DNA of 64,000 nt from Promethearchaeota archaeon (GTDB lineage Archaea; Asgardarchaeota; Lokiarchaeia; Sigyniarchaeales; SOKP01). The notes under the pieces were generated by a model. The model had not been told where the DNA came from. It worked only from the letters and a program-made list of their open reading frames with translations, and searched no databases. The stretch covers positions 32,001 to 96,000 of the forward strand of contig JAUVNS010000007.1 in assembly GCA_030599585.1 (NCBI GenBank). The letters run 5' to 3'. The translations under genes and the position numbers were made by a program. Positions 17,774-27,286 of this stretch are shown in pieces (within the stretch, counting starts at the first letter, position 1; each line of letters opens with the position of its first letter).

Positions 17774-19417
17774 TTATTTTGGCAATAGATCCTCTTTTTT
17801 GTCGAGCAATTTATCTCTCAATATTTTTCCATTTTTCGGAGCGCCTTTTAAAAGCTTTTCAGTCTTTTTTAACTCTTGATGATAATCCCTACTGAATGAT
17901 GTTTTTTGACTTACAATACCAACACCAGGAGTTTTATCATTAGATAATGATTTTCTATACTTTCTCACTTTTCTAACAGGAACAGGATATTTTAAATATG
18001 TTTGGTAAGCAATTAGGTAAGCAGCTAAAACTCCAGCACCGATTACTGAAATAATGAATAATCCTGTAAATATCCAAGGTTCTGGTATAACATCTGTGAA
18101 AGTTTCAATATAAGAAATCAAAAGCGTAGCATTTGTGATTGAAACTGTAATTAAATTCTCTAAACCAAACTCATCTGCTAAATAAACTTGAATCGAAAGG
18201 CTGATATTAACATCTTTTAATATCAAAGGTGTCACATCATATCCTCCGATTTTGGCTTTTTGGAAAGAATCTGTAACTGTACTAAGTTTTATTGTTTCAG
18301 TATGAAGGTTATTGTTGATTAAAACTCTTAATTCAGAGTTAGGAGACGAGCTTGTCCAATTTTGATCTATTTTATATTCAAATTGTAGGTTTCCCCCCAT
18401 GATCAACTTGTTTGGACCACTAATAGATTCCCCTACTTGGTTCCATGATACTGATGTAAACTGATCAATTTTTTTTCTATACGCGAATGTAAAGTTCAAC
18501 GATCTAATGATTAGAGAATCCCACCTGTCCCTATCCACTCCTGATTCGTTATCTTCACAATAGATATCAATTCCTAAAGTGATGGTAAAATTAAAATTAT
18601 TTTCTTTAAAAATCGCCGTAAGGTAAGCAATCAAAACTTCTTGAGGAACGGGTACCATTAATGTATCAGGATAGCTAGGAACAGCTGGAGAATCTTGCCC
18701 TAAATTAATTGTTTGATTATAAGCAATTTCATACTCATAAGTATTATCGGGATCTGATATAAGAACATAAAATCTTGCATAATCACCAGTAGAAAATTGT
18801 AAAGGAGTATCTCCTGGATCTCCGGGACAATCTATGCCCCCCGTACTATATGGTGATACTGTTACAGTTGCATTAAATGTTGCTTGAACTGAAGCAGATG
18901 TAATTATGTAATCAGACATATTTACTGGCATAGTAAAACCCCTTTGCCAATGAACGCTAGGGGTATTATGTGTCTGTCCAGCAGATTCAGCTTCATCCCA
19001 AAAATGAAACACATTTAATCCCGCTGAATCAGTAAAATTGCTATCTGGGAATCTCGGGAAACGCGGATTATTAACAGCTGTCCAATTTCCATCAGGAGGA
19101 TCTGCTACTACTTCAAATATGAAATCTTCCCCTAATATTGCCATATTTGCTTGATTTGTACCGGTGCTAGTATCAACATCTGAGGTGTCTCCTATGATAT
19201 TGGAAAACCACGTAGGTTCAATTGGATCTTCAAATGTCGGATTTTCGAGCCAAAGCTCATTCAGATATTCTATCGTCCCAGAAGTCTTAGGATTTATGCT
19301 AGTTTCACGATTTAATTGACTAAAAGAATTCAAACTTGGAAACGCAATGCTGACAATAATGATGGCAAGTATAACGTACAAAAACCATCGCTTATTTAAT
19401 TTGAGTAATATTCGCAT
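17774..19417 (-). CDS. Membrane-anchored surface protein, short paralog of 13657-17517 lacking the Ig-like repeats
   Basis: Shares GGIDCPGDPGDTPLQFSTGDYARFYVLISDPDNT, ITLGIDIYCEDNESGVDRDRWDSLI and the TM + PVRKVRKY tail. Confidence 0.85.
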   Translation of the reverse strand: MRILLKLNKRWFLYVILAIIIVSIAFPSLNSFSQLNRETSINPKTSGTIEYLNELWLENPTFEDPIEPTWFSNIIGDTSDVDTSTGTNQANMAILGEDFIFEVVADPPDGNWTAVNNPRFPRFPDSNFTDSAGLNVFHFWDEAESAGQTHNTPSVHWQRGFTMPVNMSDYIITSASVQATFNATVTVSPYSTGGIDCPGDPGDTPLQFSTGDYARFYVLISDPDNTYEYEIAYNQTINLGQDSPAVPSYPDTLMVPVPQEVLIAYLTAIFKENNFNFTITLGIDIYCEDNESGVDRDRWDSLIIRSLNFTFAYRKKIDQFTSVSWNQVGESISGPNKLIMGGNLQFEYKIDQNWTSSSPNSELRVLINNNLHTETIKLSTVTDSFQKAKIGGYDVTPLILKDVNISLSIQVYLADEFGLENLITVSITNATLLISYIETFTDVIPEPWIFTGLFIISVIGAGVLAAYLIAYQTYLKYPVPVRKVRKYRKSLSNDKTPGVGIVSQKTSFSRDYHQELKKTEKLLKGAPKNGKILRDKLLDKKEDLLPK

Positions 19418-19635
19418 GATTTATTGGGTTTTCAAATTTAATATATATTAGGTATAAATAAGGCTAGTTATACTTATAATTGTTGAGAATATGAAAAATA
19501 AAATTCAATATATTCTTTTTATAATCTAGTATTGATTAAATTTATTTAAACAAATTACTTAAAACTTAATTATAGATTTAATTATAGATATTTTAATTAA
19601 TTACTCAAGTATTATAAAAATAGAGGCAAAAAAAA

Positions 19636-20892
19636 ATGATTCAAGGAATTTTGACTTTTAAGTTTAATCTAAATCAGAATGAGACTACTGGAGAGATAAA
19701 TCCTGAATTTAGTCCTATTCAATTAGTCTTTTCGAACAAAAAATTCGAGGAAAATGATTTTTCAGGACTAATCATAGAAAATGATATCTTTGCTAATTTT
19801 TATCAGCATACCGTAGGCATTTTAAATCCGAAATATGGATTTAGTAATTATTATACCGGTCACCTGAAAGAAACACCCTACCAAGTGTATTCATACTTCA
19901 AGCAATTAGCTGATGGCACTCAATATTTAACAATATCAATGTTTGAATTAGATGATGAAATTGAGCTATTTGAAGACTTAATAAAAGATATGGCTAAAAG
20001 ATTAGATACCATTTACGATAAATTAACTAAAGCTTCAAATACAAGACAACTAGATTTAATATCTAACGTTAACATCCGTCTTAAAAATGAATTAAAGTAT
20101 ACGATTTTTCAAATTGAACGCTTAAGCCAATTAGATAAGCTTCAAAAAGTAGCATTAATCTACAATAGTAACGAAAGGCTAAAAATTCTGGATGTTCTAA
20201 GGGAAAGACCTTTGGCTAAAAGCGAAATGAAGACTACCATCGAGAATCTGAAGCCTACTGCAAATATTGACATTTTATTGCGTCCCTTCTTAGAGCTCAA
20301 TTTAATTAGGCGCGATTGGATAAAAGGAGAGAAGGATAGAAAAACAGGAGTAATAACTAATCAAGGCGAATACATATTTTTAGTTAAAGATATCCTGTTC
20401 GCACGCGTTCCAAATCAAAATCTTCTTAAACATTTTAAGGAGACTAACAACGATCTCTTGCCGCTTTTTAAACAAAAGTCTTTAGATTTCTTCAACAATT
20501 ACGATCCTTATGATGAACCTTTTGAGAATACACAAAAATTAGCGGCAATATTATTAAACCCAGATGTATATGATTTCTTCATCTTAATGCGCTCAAACCA
20601 TTATCCACTAGATAAAATACCGAAAATCTTTTCAGAATTCGCCGTTACGGAGATACTGCTTGACAACCTGAAGAAATTGAATGTCATTACCGAGATTAAA
20701 GACCAAAACAAAAGGAGTTGGATTTGCTTACTTACGGATATTAAACCTTTAACCATTTTTCCAGAATATATACTGCCCAAGATAAGAGAAGCTTATAGAA
20801 AAGAAGATGAAGAAGGTAAAATAACGTATGAAATCGCAAAAAAAGCTTTAAATTTATTAGAAGTATCATTTCCAGAAAAAGTTACTTTTTAA
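19636..20892 (+). CDS. Hypothetical protein, possible longin-like N-terminus plus winged-helix domains
   Basis: 418-aa ORF; RLKILDVLRERPLAKSEM...LLRPFLELNLIRRDW is wHTH-like. Confidence 0.6.
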   Translation: MIQGILTFKFNLNQNETTGEINPEFSPIQLVFSNKKFEENDFSGLIIENDIFANFYQHTVGILNPKYGFSNYYTGHLKETPYQVYSYFKQLADGTQYLTISMFELDDEIELFEDLIKDMAKRLDTIYDKLTKASNTRQLDLISNVNIRLKNELKYTIFQIERLSQLDKLQKVALIYNSNERLKILDVLRERPLAKSEMKTTIENLKPTANIDILLRPFLELNLIRRDWIKGEKDRKTGVITNQGEYIFLVKDILFARVPNQNLLKHFKETNNDLLPLFKQKSLDFFNNYDPYDEPFENTQKLAAILLNPDVYDFFILMRSNHYPLDKIPKIFSEFAVTEILLDNLKKLNVITEIKDQNKRSWICLLTDIKPLTIFPEYILPKIREAYRKEDEEGKITYEIAKKALNLLEVSFPEKVTF

Positions 20893-20925
20893 ATTTGAAA
20901 TAATATTGAAAGAGATGAATAATAA

Positions 20926-23157
20926 ATGTATTTATTTAAAGAAAAGGACGAAGTTGAAGTTTCATATACCTGTAAATTGTGTTTAAAAGAAATTCCTTTC
21001 AAAATAACTAAAAAGGAATATCAAGAAGTTACCAGATTTCCTATAACCAAGCAATTGACGCACGGAGACCCTGCGCACAAATTAATAGTTAATTTTAATC
21101 AATATTTAGAAGTTGAAAATTTTGAAATTGAAGAAATCCTTCAGAAGGAAGAAGTAACTTATTCAGAAGAACTCACAAAGCAAGTTTTAAGTGAGATCGA
21201 TCTTACGGATGACGAGATTGAACTCTATTTCAGAATTACAGGTCGTGAAGCAGTGAGTATTGGTGAAATCGCAATACTTACTGGTAAGACCAAAGCAGTG
21301 TGTAAGGAAATTGCTGATAAATTCGTTCAAAAGGGATTGTTTAAGGAGATTGTTGGGGCACAACCGCATTATAGTGCTTTACCCCCATATGCGGCGTTAG
21401 TAAGCCAATTACGAAAATTCCATCAATATATCTCTGATATTAAAAAGAGCATACCTACGCAGTTAGAAAAATCTTTTAAAGAGTTAGAATCTGAAACTGG
21501 AAAGGTCGAAGTAAAGCCAAAAGCAGTTCCCACAGAACTAATGTCAGAATTAAAAAATAACATGTTAACTCAAATTCGTACACAAAAGAAAGAATTTGAC
21601 GATACGCTAGCAGTTATGGATCAAATTAGAGGCATCACTGACGACATAACAAACATTGAAGGTTATACTGAAACCGTTATGGGTGGTCAAATGGGAAACC
21701 TTAAGAAGCAATTTGAAGATATTAATATCAAAACGTCTCAAATCATTAAAGGACAAATAAACGACTTGAAAAGCGAATTTGAGAATATTAAGACAACTGT
21801 TTCTAAAAATTTACAAAAATTACGCTTAGGAGTAATCCAACAAACTGTAGACCAAGTAATCGATAAAGTAATGAACGCAAAAATAAAAGATATTTCTGAT
21901 AACATAAATGTTCAATTGAGCGTAAGCCAAGTGGCTTTTACAGATGAATTGAAAAAAGTTGCTCAAGGTGTGGACTCAGAACTAATTACAAAATTAAAAG
22001 CGTCTTTAAAAGATACTCTTAAAAATATCGATGGTCTGAGTTCAAAAGCTAAAGATGAGGAAAAAATATACGATGATATAACGGAGAATTTTAATAAAGC
22101 TGTAAGAATGGCGGAAGAGAAAATTGAAGGAATCTCTGGAACTACTTTTGAGTCTTTAGGGACGTTAAAGAATGTGTTTTCCGATCAAATTGTTGCCACA
22201 CTAGATAACACTTTGGATGACATTTTAGGTAAACTCGAAAGGTCCGAAAAGGTAACTAATGAATTCTGGCAACAAGCAAAAACCGGAAAATCAATTACAA
22301 TGAAAGATATCTGGTTCATAAGATCGCCTGAGGCCGCAAAAGCACACATAGACGATGAAATTTCAAAAGCCAAAATGAGAATTTTACTTGTAGCGCCTCA
22401 AATTAGCGACATTAATATTAAAGCGATCATGGAACGCCCTTCGAGAATCAACTTCAGAATTACAGCTAACATAGATTTTTCAAACTCTGAACATGTCGCT
22501 ATAGTAGAACAATTAGATAAGATGGATAATGTAGATTATCGACATAGAGCACTACAAAACTTATGGGGAATTAATAGAGATTACGAAGAAGTAATAGTGT
22601 GTGTCTTATCCAAGGCAGAAGTGCGGGGAGAATCAATCACAGAAATTGCAGGGATCGGGAGTATAATAGAAGAACACATCAAAATATTCGTTCCCATCTT
22701 AGAAGAATCTTGGATGAGTTCGAGAAAAGAAGTAATGCATTCTATTAAATCAAACATAGAAAGAGAGATTTCAACACCAAAACCTCAAACAAGTGTAGAA
22801 CTCAAAAAAGAAGAACAGAAAGAAAGAGCAAGGTTAAAACCCCAAGTTCAAATCCCAAAAGTCATGGTCCCACAGGAATCGCTAACTACAGAAAAACCAG
22901 CTGGAAAAGAATCATTATTAACAAAACAATTTAATTTGATCTTCGAAAATTTAGACTCTTTAATGGGTTTAGAGATATCTTCAGCTCTTGAGAAATTTCA
23001 AAGCGAATACATCAAAGACAAAGGTTACAACAGCGTTTTAAAGAACATACATAACACCAGCACGACTTTGAAGAGCAAAACTTATGTGCTGAGTCAACCA
23101 GAGAAAGATGACTTAAAACAAAAAATGAATTTTTGGAGAACTAAACTAGATCTTTAA
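20926..23157 (+). CDS. TrmB-like HTH protein with long coiled coil and C-terminal PLD-like/effector domain
   Basis: LTDDEIELYFRI...SIGEIAILTG...KGLF...YSALPP (TrmB HTH), ~300-aa heptad region, IWFIRS...ISKAKMRILLVAP; N-terminal CxxC..H..H. Confidence 0.7.
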   Translation: MYLFKEKDEVEVSYTCKLCLKEIPFKITKKEYQEVTRFPITKQLTHGDPAHKLIVNFNQYLEVENFEIEEILQKEEVTYSEELTKQVLSEIDLTDDEIELYFRITGREAVSIGEIAILTGKTKAVCKEIADKFVQKGLFKEIVGAQPHYSALPPYAALVSQLRKFHQYISDIKKSIPTQLEKSFKELESETGKVEVKPKAVPTELMSELKNNMLTQIRTQKKEFDDTLAVMDQIRGITDDITNIEGYTETVMGGQMGNLKKQFEDINIKTSQIIKGQINDLKSEFENIKTTVSKNLQKLRLGVIQQTVDQVIDKVMNAKIKDISDNINVQLSVSQVAFTDELKKVAQGVDSELITKLKASLKDTLKNIDGLSSKAKDEEKIYDDITENFNKAVRMAEEKIEGISGTTFESLGTLKNVFSDQIVATLDNTLDDILGKLERSEKVTNEFWQQAKTGKSITMKDIWFIRSPEAAKAHIDDEISKAKMRILLVAPQISDINIKAIMERPSRINFRITANIDFSNSEHVAIVEQLDKMDNVDYRHRALQNLWGINRDYEEVIVCVLSKAEVRGESITEIAGIGSIIEEHIKIFVPILEESWMSSRKEVMHSIKSNIEREISTPKPQTSVELKKEEQKERARLKPQVQIPKVMVPQESLTTEKPAGKESLLTKQFNLIFENLDSLMGLEISSALEKFQSEYIKDKGYNSVLKNIHNTSTTLKSKTYVLSQPEKDDLKQKMNFWRTKLDL

Positions 23158-23302
23158 TTTCCTAATAACTTCTTAAATTACATATTTTTTATCTATTCCT
23201 TATTTTTTAATCATAAAGTAGCCCTACTTCGTTAACAACCTAGAAATTAAACTTATCATCGTAAACAATATAATTATTATGCTATTTCTTCTTTTTTTTT
23301 GT

Positions 23303-24298
23303 ATGGTAGAAAACTTCATCACCATCGAAACTGGAAAAATTAACGATTATATTTACCATATAGATGTTCGGGCTTATGGTGCGCCAAGAATGCTCTCTGT
23401 TTTTGTTGCCCAATTTGACGACTCGAGCGTGTTGATTGATTGTGGGTCGTCATTAGACACAAAGAAATTAATTCGGTTTTTAAAAAAACTGAATATCGAC
23501 TTATCTTCGTTTAAATACATCACCACAACTCATCACCATTTTGATCATAACGGTGGACTATGGCAGTTTTACGAGATCTTAAAGGATTACAACCCAGAAG
23601 TTAAAATCCTTACAAACCAAAAAACTAAAGAATTACTTAACGATTACGAAGAACATTTGGCTCGTGGAAAGCGAACTTATGGCAATTTAATAGGTTCGAT
23701 GAATCCTATTGAGGAAAACGCCTTTCAATTAGTAGATCCTAGCATGAACTTCAATCCAGAGGTAAATGAGCTTGATTTTATTGATTCTTTTATGGTTAAT
23801 GGGTCAGAAGTTAAATTTGGTATATTAAAAACTCCGGGACACACTCCAGACCACCAGTGTCCTATATTTGCAAAAGATAATTTAATTGACTTTATACAAC
23901 TGGGAGAAAGCGTAGGGACAATTTACCACTCCTCAGCATTAATAACTATGCCAACATCTATGCCTACATATTACAATCATAAAGAATATATGGCAACTTT
24001 AAGAAACCTTAAGAACTTATTTCCTTCCAAAGCTGGTTTTGGTCATTTTGGAGTTATTAATGGAAAAGAAAACGTTCGGAAGATACTAATAGAGCATGAA
24101 TCTTTTATGAAAGAATTTAGAGAAGCAATAATCAAATTTTACAGTAAAAAACCAGAAACAAGATATGTACTCGAGCAAATCATGCCAATGTTAATCCAAA
24201 GAACCGATTTAGCAATTGATGATAATCCTGTTTTTAACGGTATTGCATTAGGTATAGTCTATGGTATGATGATGGATTTAGGTTATCGCAAAGAATAA
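23303..24298 (+). CDS. Metallo-beta-lactamase fold hydrolase
   Basis: LIDCG, THHHFDHNGG, TPGHTPDH, FGHFG. ATG at 23303 preferred to 23279. Confidence 0.9.
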   Translation: MVENFITIETGKINDYIYHIDVRAYGAPRMLSVFVAQFDDSSVLIDCGSSLDTKKLIRFLKKLNIDLSSFKYITTTHHHFDHNGGLWQFYEILKDYNPEVKILTNQKTKELLNDYEEHLARGKRTYGNLIGSMNPIEENAFQLVDPSMNFNPEVNELDFIDSFMVNGSEVKFGILKTPGHTPDHQCPIFAKDNLIDFIQLGESVGTIYHSSALITMPTSMPTYYNHKEYMATLRNLKNLFPSKAGFGHFGVINGKENVRKILIEHESFMKEFREAIIKFYSKKPETRYVLEQIMPMLIQRTDLAIDDNPVFNGIALGIVYGMMMDLGYRKE

Positions 24299-24349
24299 TT
24301 ATTTTCTTTTTCAAAACATTCTAATTTATTATAAACATTCCTTCTTATA

Positions 24350-25555
24350 ATGCAAGAGAGAAGTTTCGATCGTTATGATGTTTGTATTGTTGGCGCCAGT
24401 ATTGCAGGAAATTATTTAACTTATTTATTATCTAAATCAAATTTGAAGATTGTAGTGCTTGAAGACCATAAAGAGATCGGTTTACCATTTCAATGCGCTG
24501 GAATTATCTCTCAAAAATTAAGCAAGTTAATTGATTTACCTGAGGAAATCGTATTAAATAGAGTTAACACCGCAAAACTTGTTAGTCCCTCTGGTAACTT
24601 TATTAAACTCGCAGGAAACGAACGTCCATATGTTACTGATAGAATTAAACTCGATCGACTATTCTACAACGAGGTTAAAGACAATCCAAATATCACTTAT
24701 TATCTTGCCGAAAAATATAAATCGTTTGAATATCTCATCGAGGACGATAAGATCTATTTATTGATTGAAACATCTAAAAGAAATATTATTGCTAAGATGC
24801 TAATAGGGTGTGACGGACCTCTCTCATTAGTAGGAAAGCAATTAAATGTTAAAAATAACGTAATTTTCGCCTCTCAAATTAGGGTTAAAGCTAATTTCTT
24901 TAACCATGAAGCAGCTATGTATTTTAATCCTCAGTGGAAGCAATTATTTGGATGGATTGTGCCCGAGGGTAATCAAATCTACCGTATTGGTATTGCTTCT
25001 GCTAAAAATCTGAATACAAGTTTTAAACGCTTCTTGAATGAGTTAAGCGTTGACATGAAGGATAAAATAGATCAGCAAGGCGGTATTATTCCTTATGGTG
25101 TAATGAACAAGCTAGCTTTTGATAACATATTATTATTAGGCGATGCCGCAGGACAAGTAAAAGCTACTACTGGAGGGGGTATTGTCATGCTTTTAACTGC
25201 TGCAAAATACGCATCGAATTGTATTCATCGATGTTTTAAAGAAGAAAATTTTTCTAAGAGGATAATTAAAAAATATTATGAAAGGCCTTGTTCGCAAACA
25301 ATCGGTAGAGAATTGAAGCTCCATTTTATTATAAGGCTTATTTTAGAGAACTTTACTACACGCGATTTTGAAATTTTCTTTAAAATAATAAAAGAGAATA
25401 AGATTGAGCACTTGATTACATTCTATGGAGATATGGATTTTCCAAAATCATTAGTATTTAAACTACTGCGTAATCGAACTGTTCTAAGTTTCATGTTCAA
25501 GTTTTTTATAAAAAATCCAGTAATAATCTTTAAAATTCTAAAATTATTTATCTAA
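24350..25555 (+). CDS. Geranylgeranyl reductase family FAD oxidoreductase
   Basis: DVCIVGASIAG, QCAG, IGCDGP, FGWIVP, LLGDAAGQVKATTGGGI. Confidence 0.88.
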   Translation: MQERSFDRYDVCIVGASIAGNYLTYLLSKSNLKIVVLEDHKEIGLPFQCAGIISQKLSKLIDLPEEIVLNRVNTAKLVSPSGNFIKLAGNERPYVTDRIKLDRLFYNEVKDNPNITYYLAEKYKSFEYLIEDDKIYLLIETSKRNIIAKMLIGCDGPLSLVGKQLNVKNNVIFASQIRVKANFFNHEAAMYFNPQWKQLFGWIVPEGNQIYRIGIASAKNLNTSFKRFLNELSVDMKDKIDQQGGIIPYGVMNKLAFDNILLLGDAAGQVKATTGGGIVMLLTAAKYASNCIHRCFKEENFSKRIIKKYYERPCSQTIGRELKLHFIIRLILENFTTRDFEIFFKIIKENKIEHLITFYGDMDFPKSLVFKLLRNRTVLSFMFKFFIKNPVIIFKILKLFI

Positions 25556-25603
25556 AACTAATATCTAAGTTTCTTTTGTTTTACAGAAATAGGTGAAAAA
25601 AAA

Positions 25604-26782
25604 ATGGATTGTAGAGAAAGAGTTCTTACGACCTTAAATTTAGAAGAACCAGATAGAGTTCCGGTTCACGCCATTCTAATTGACGCTAATAACGTTGATA
25701 CCATACTCGGAAAGCCGCAAATTACCGATTTTGACACTATAGAGCAATTACAACGAGATAACCCTGACGGATGGGCAGAAGAATTAACTAATCTTATAGA
25801 AGGTATAGAAACAAGCGTATTTTCCCGGTGTGTGGAAGCTGCTACAGCAATTGGGCTTGATTGTATGCAGATAGGTATATTGCCTTTTTATATTTTTGAA
25901 GATCCAAGTGATCCTCGTCTTCTTATGAAAGATATTTTTGGACGCGTATGGGAAGCTAGAAATAATGAAGGGAATATTAATCCTTACTATTTATATGGGA
26001 CGATGAATTCGCCTGAGAAATGGGAAGAAACTAAAGAGAATATTGAAGGTCCTATGACCGAAAAATACACCAAAATGGCTAAAAAATTCTTCCGTCGGAT
26101 AAATAAGAAACACAAAGATAACATATTTGTTGCTGTTACAAACGATTTAGCAGGTGTATTTGAAAGCGCTTCACAAGGTATGGGTTTGACTTATTACTCT
26201 CGAATGCTTCACAAAAAACCGAGTTTTATTAAAGAAGTTCATGAAGTGATAGCGGAATTTACAGCTGCTTGTTATAACGCTTATATGGATTCAGGCGCTG
26301 AATTATTCATTGAATCTGGGGATTTGGCTTATAAAACGGGGCCGATGATGAGTCCGAAAAAGTTCACTGAGGTATTACAGCCAGCTTATAAAATAATTAC
26401 TGATGCTGTACACGAGCGAGGGAAAAAAATAGTGTTACATACTGATGGTCAAGTCACACCTTTATTAGATTTTGTTGTAAATTGTGGTTTTGACGGGTTA
26501 CATAGCCTTGAGCCTACAGCGGGAGTCGATATAGCCTTGGTAAAGAAAAAGGTTGGAGACAAACTCTGTCTTTGGGGGAATATTGATGTTGCTCACGATC
26601 TTACTTATGGAACAAAAGAAGAAGTATTTGGTGCTGTCAAACATGCTATTAAAACCGCTGGTCCCGGCGGAGGTTATATAGTGAGCCCAGCAAATATGCA
26701 CCCGACTGTTAAAGTTGATAATTTACGCTGGATGGTAGAAGCCACAAAAGAATTTGGAGAATATCCAATTAATCTGAAGTAG
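25604..26782 (+). CDS. Uroporphyrinogen decarboxylase / MtaA-CmuA methyltransferase family protein
   Basis: RERVLTTLNLEEPDRVP, DLAYKTGPMMSP, HTDG, LWGNID, GGGYI; GGTGA RBS. Confidence 0.85.
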   Translation: MDCRERVLTTLNLEEPDRVPVHAILIDANNVDTILGKPQITDFDTIEQLQRDNPDGWAEELTNLIEGIETSVFSRCVEAATAIGLDCMQIGILPFYIFEDPSDPRLLMKDIFGRVWEARNNEGNINPYYLYGTMNSPEKWEETKENIEGPMTEKYTKMAKKFFRRINKKHKDNIFVAVTNDLAGVFESASQGMGLTYYSRMLHKKPSFIKEVHEVIAEFTAACYNAYMDSGAELFIESGDLAYKTGPMMSPKKFTEVLQPAYKIITDAVHERGKKIVLHTDGQVTPLLDFVVNCGFDGLHSLEPTAGVDIALVKKKVGDKLCLWGNIDVAHDLTYGTKEEVFGAVKHAIKTAGPGGGYIVSPANMHPTVKVDNLRWMVEATKEFGEYPINLK

Positions 26783-26823
26783 GACTCAATTCAAAATTAT
26801 ACTTTTAATTCTAGTACTTCTTT

Positions 26824-27189
26824 TTATGGAGGTAACATTGAGAAAAATGCTATCTTGTTAAAAAGGATAAACCATACAACCATATAACCGATAATAATAA
26901 TAGTAGATACCGTTCCAAAGCGATAAACTCCTTTAGGGATACCAGAAGATTCATTTTTTCTCTGAACAATTGCCCGAATCATAGCTACAATATATATTAT
27001 TGTAATTATTAAAGCTACAATCCATAAGAATAATATAAATAACAAGAGAGTATAAATAGGTTGTCCATCAAACCTCAGTGTGTTCAACCATTCCCAGTAA
27101 TTAAATATTAGATGTGTTGGGATTGAACCATAAATCGCAGCAGTTAGTAAAAAAACAAATGACCATAAAAATCCTTTAGTAGACGACAT
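26824..27189 (-). CDS. Small membrane protein (3 TM)
   Basis: Three hydrophobic stretches. Confidence 0.7.
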   Translation of the reverse strand: MSSTKGFLWSFVFLLTAAIYGSIPTHLIFNYWEWLNTLRFDGQPIYTLLLFILFLWIVALIITIIYIVAMIRAIVQRKNESSGIPKGVYRFGTVSTIIIIGYMVVWFILFNKIAFFSMLPP

Positions 27190-27286
27190 CTAGCTCATTA
27201 AGGTAAAAATTAGTTAATAGAAATATATCTACGATAATAAATAAATTTTTTAGAAATATAAAAAAAAGAAAAGATTTAAAATTATC

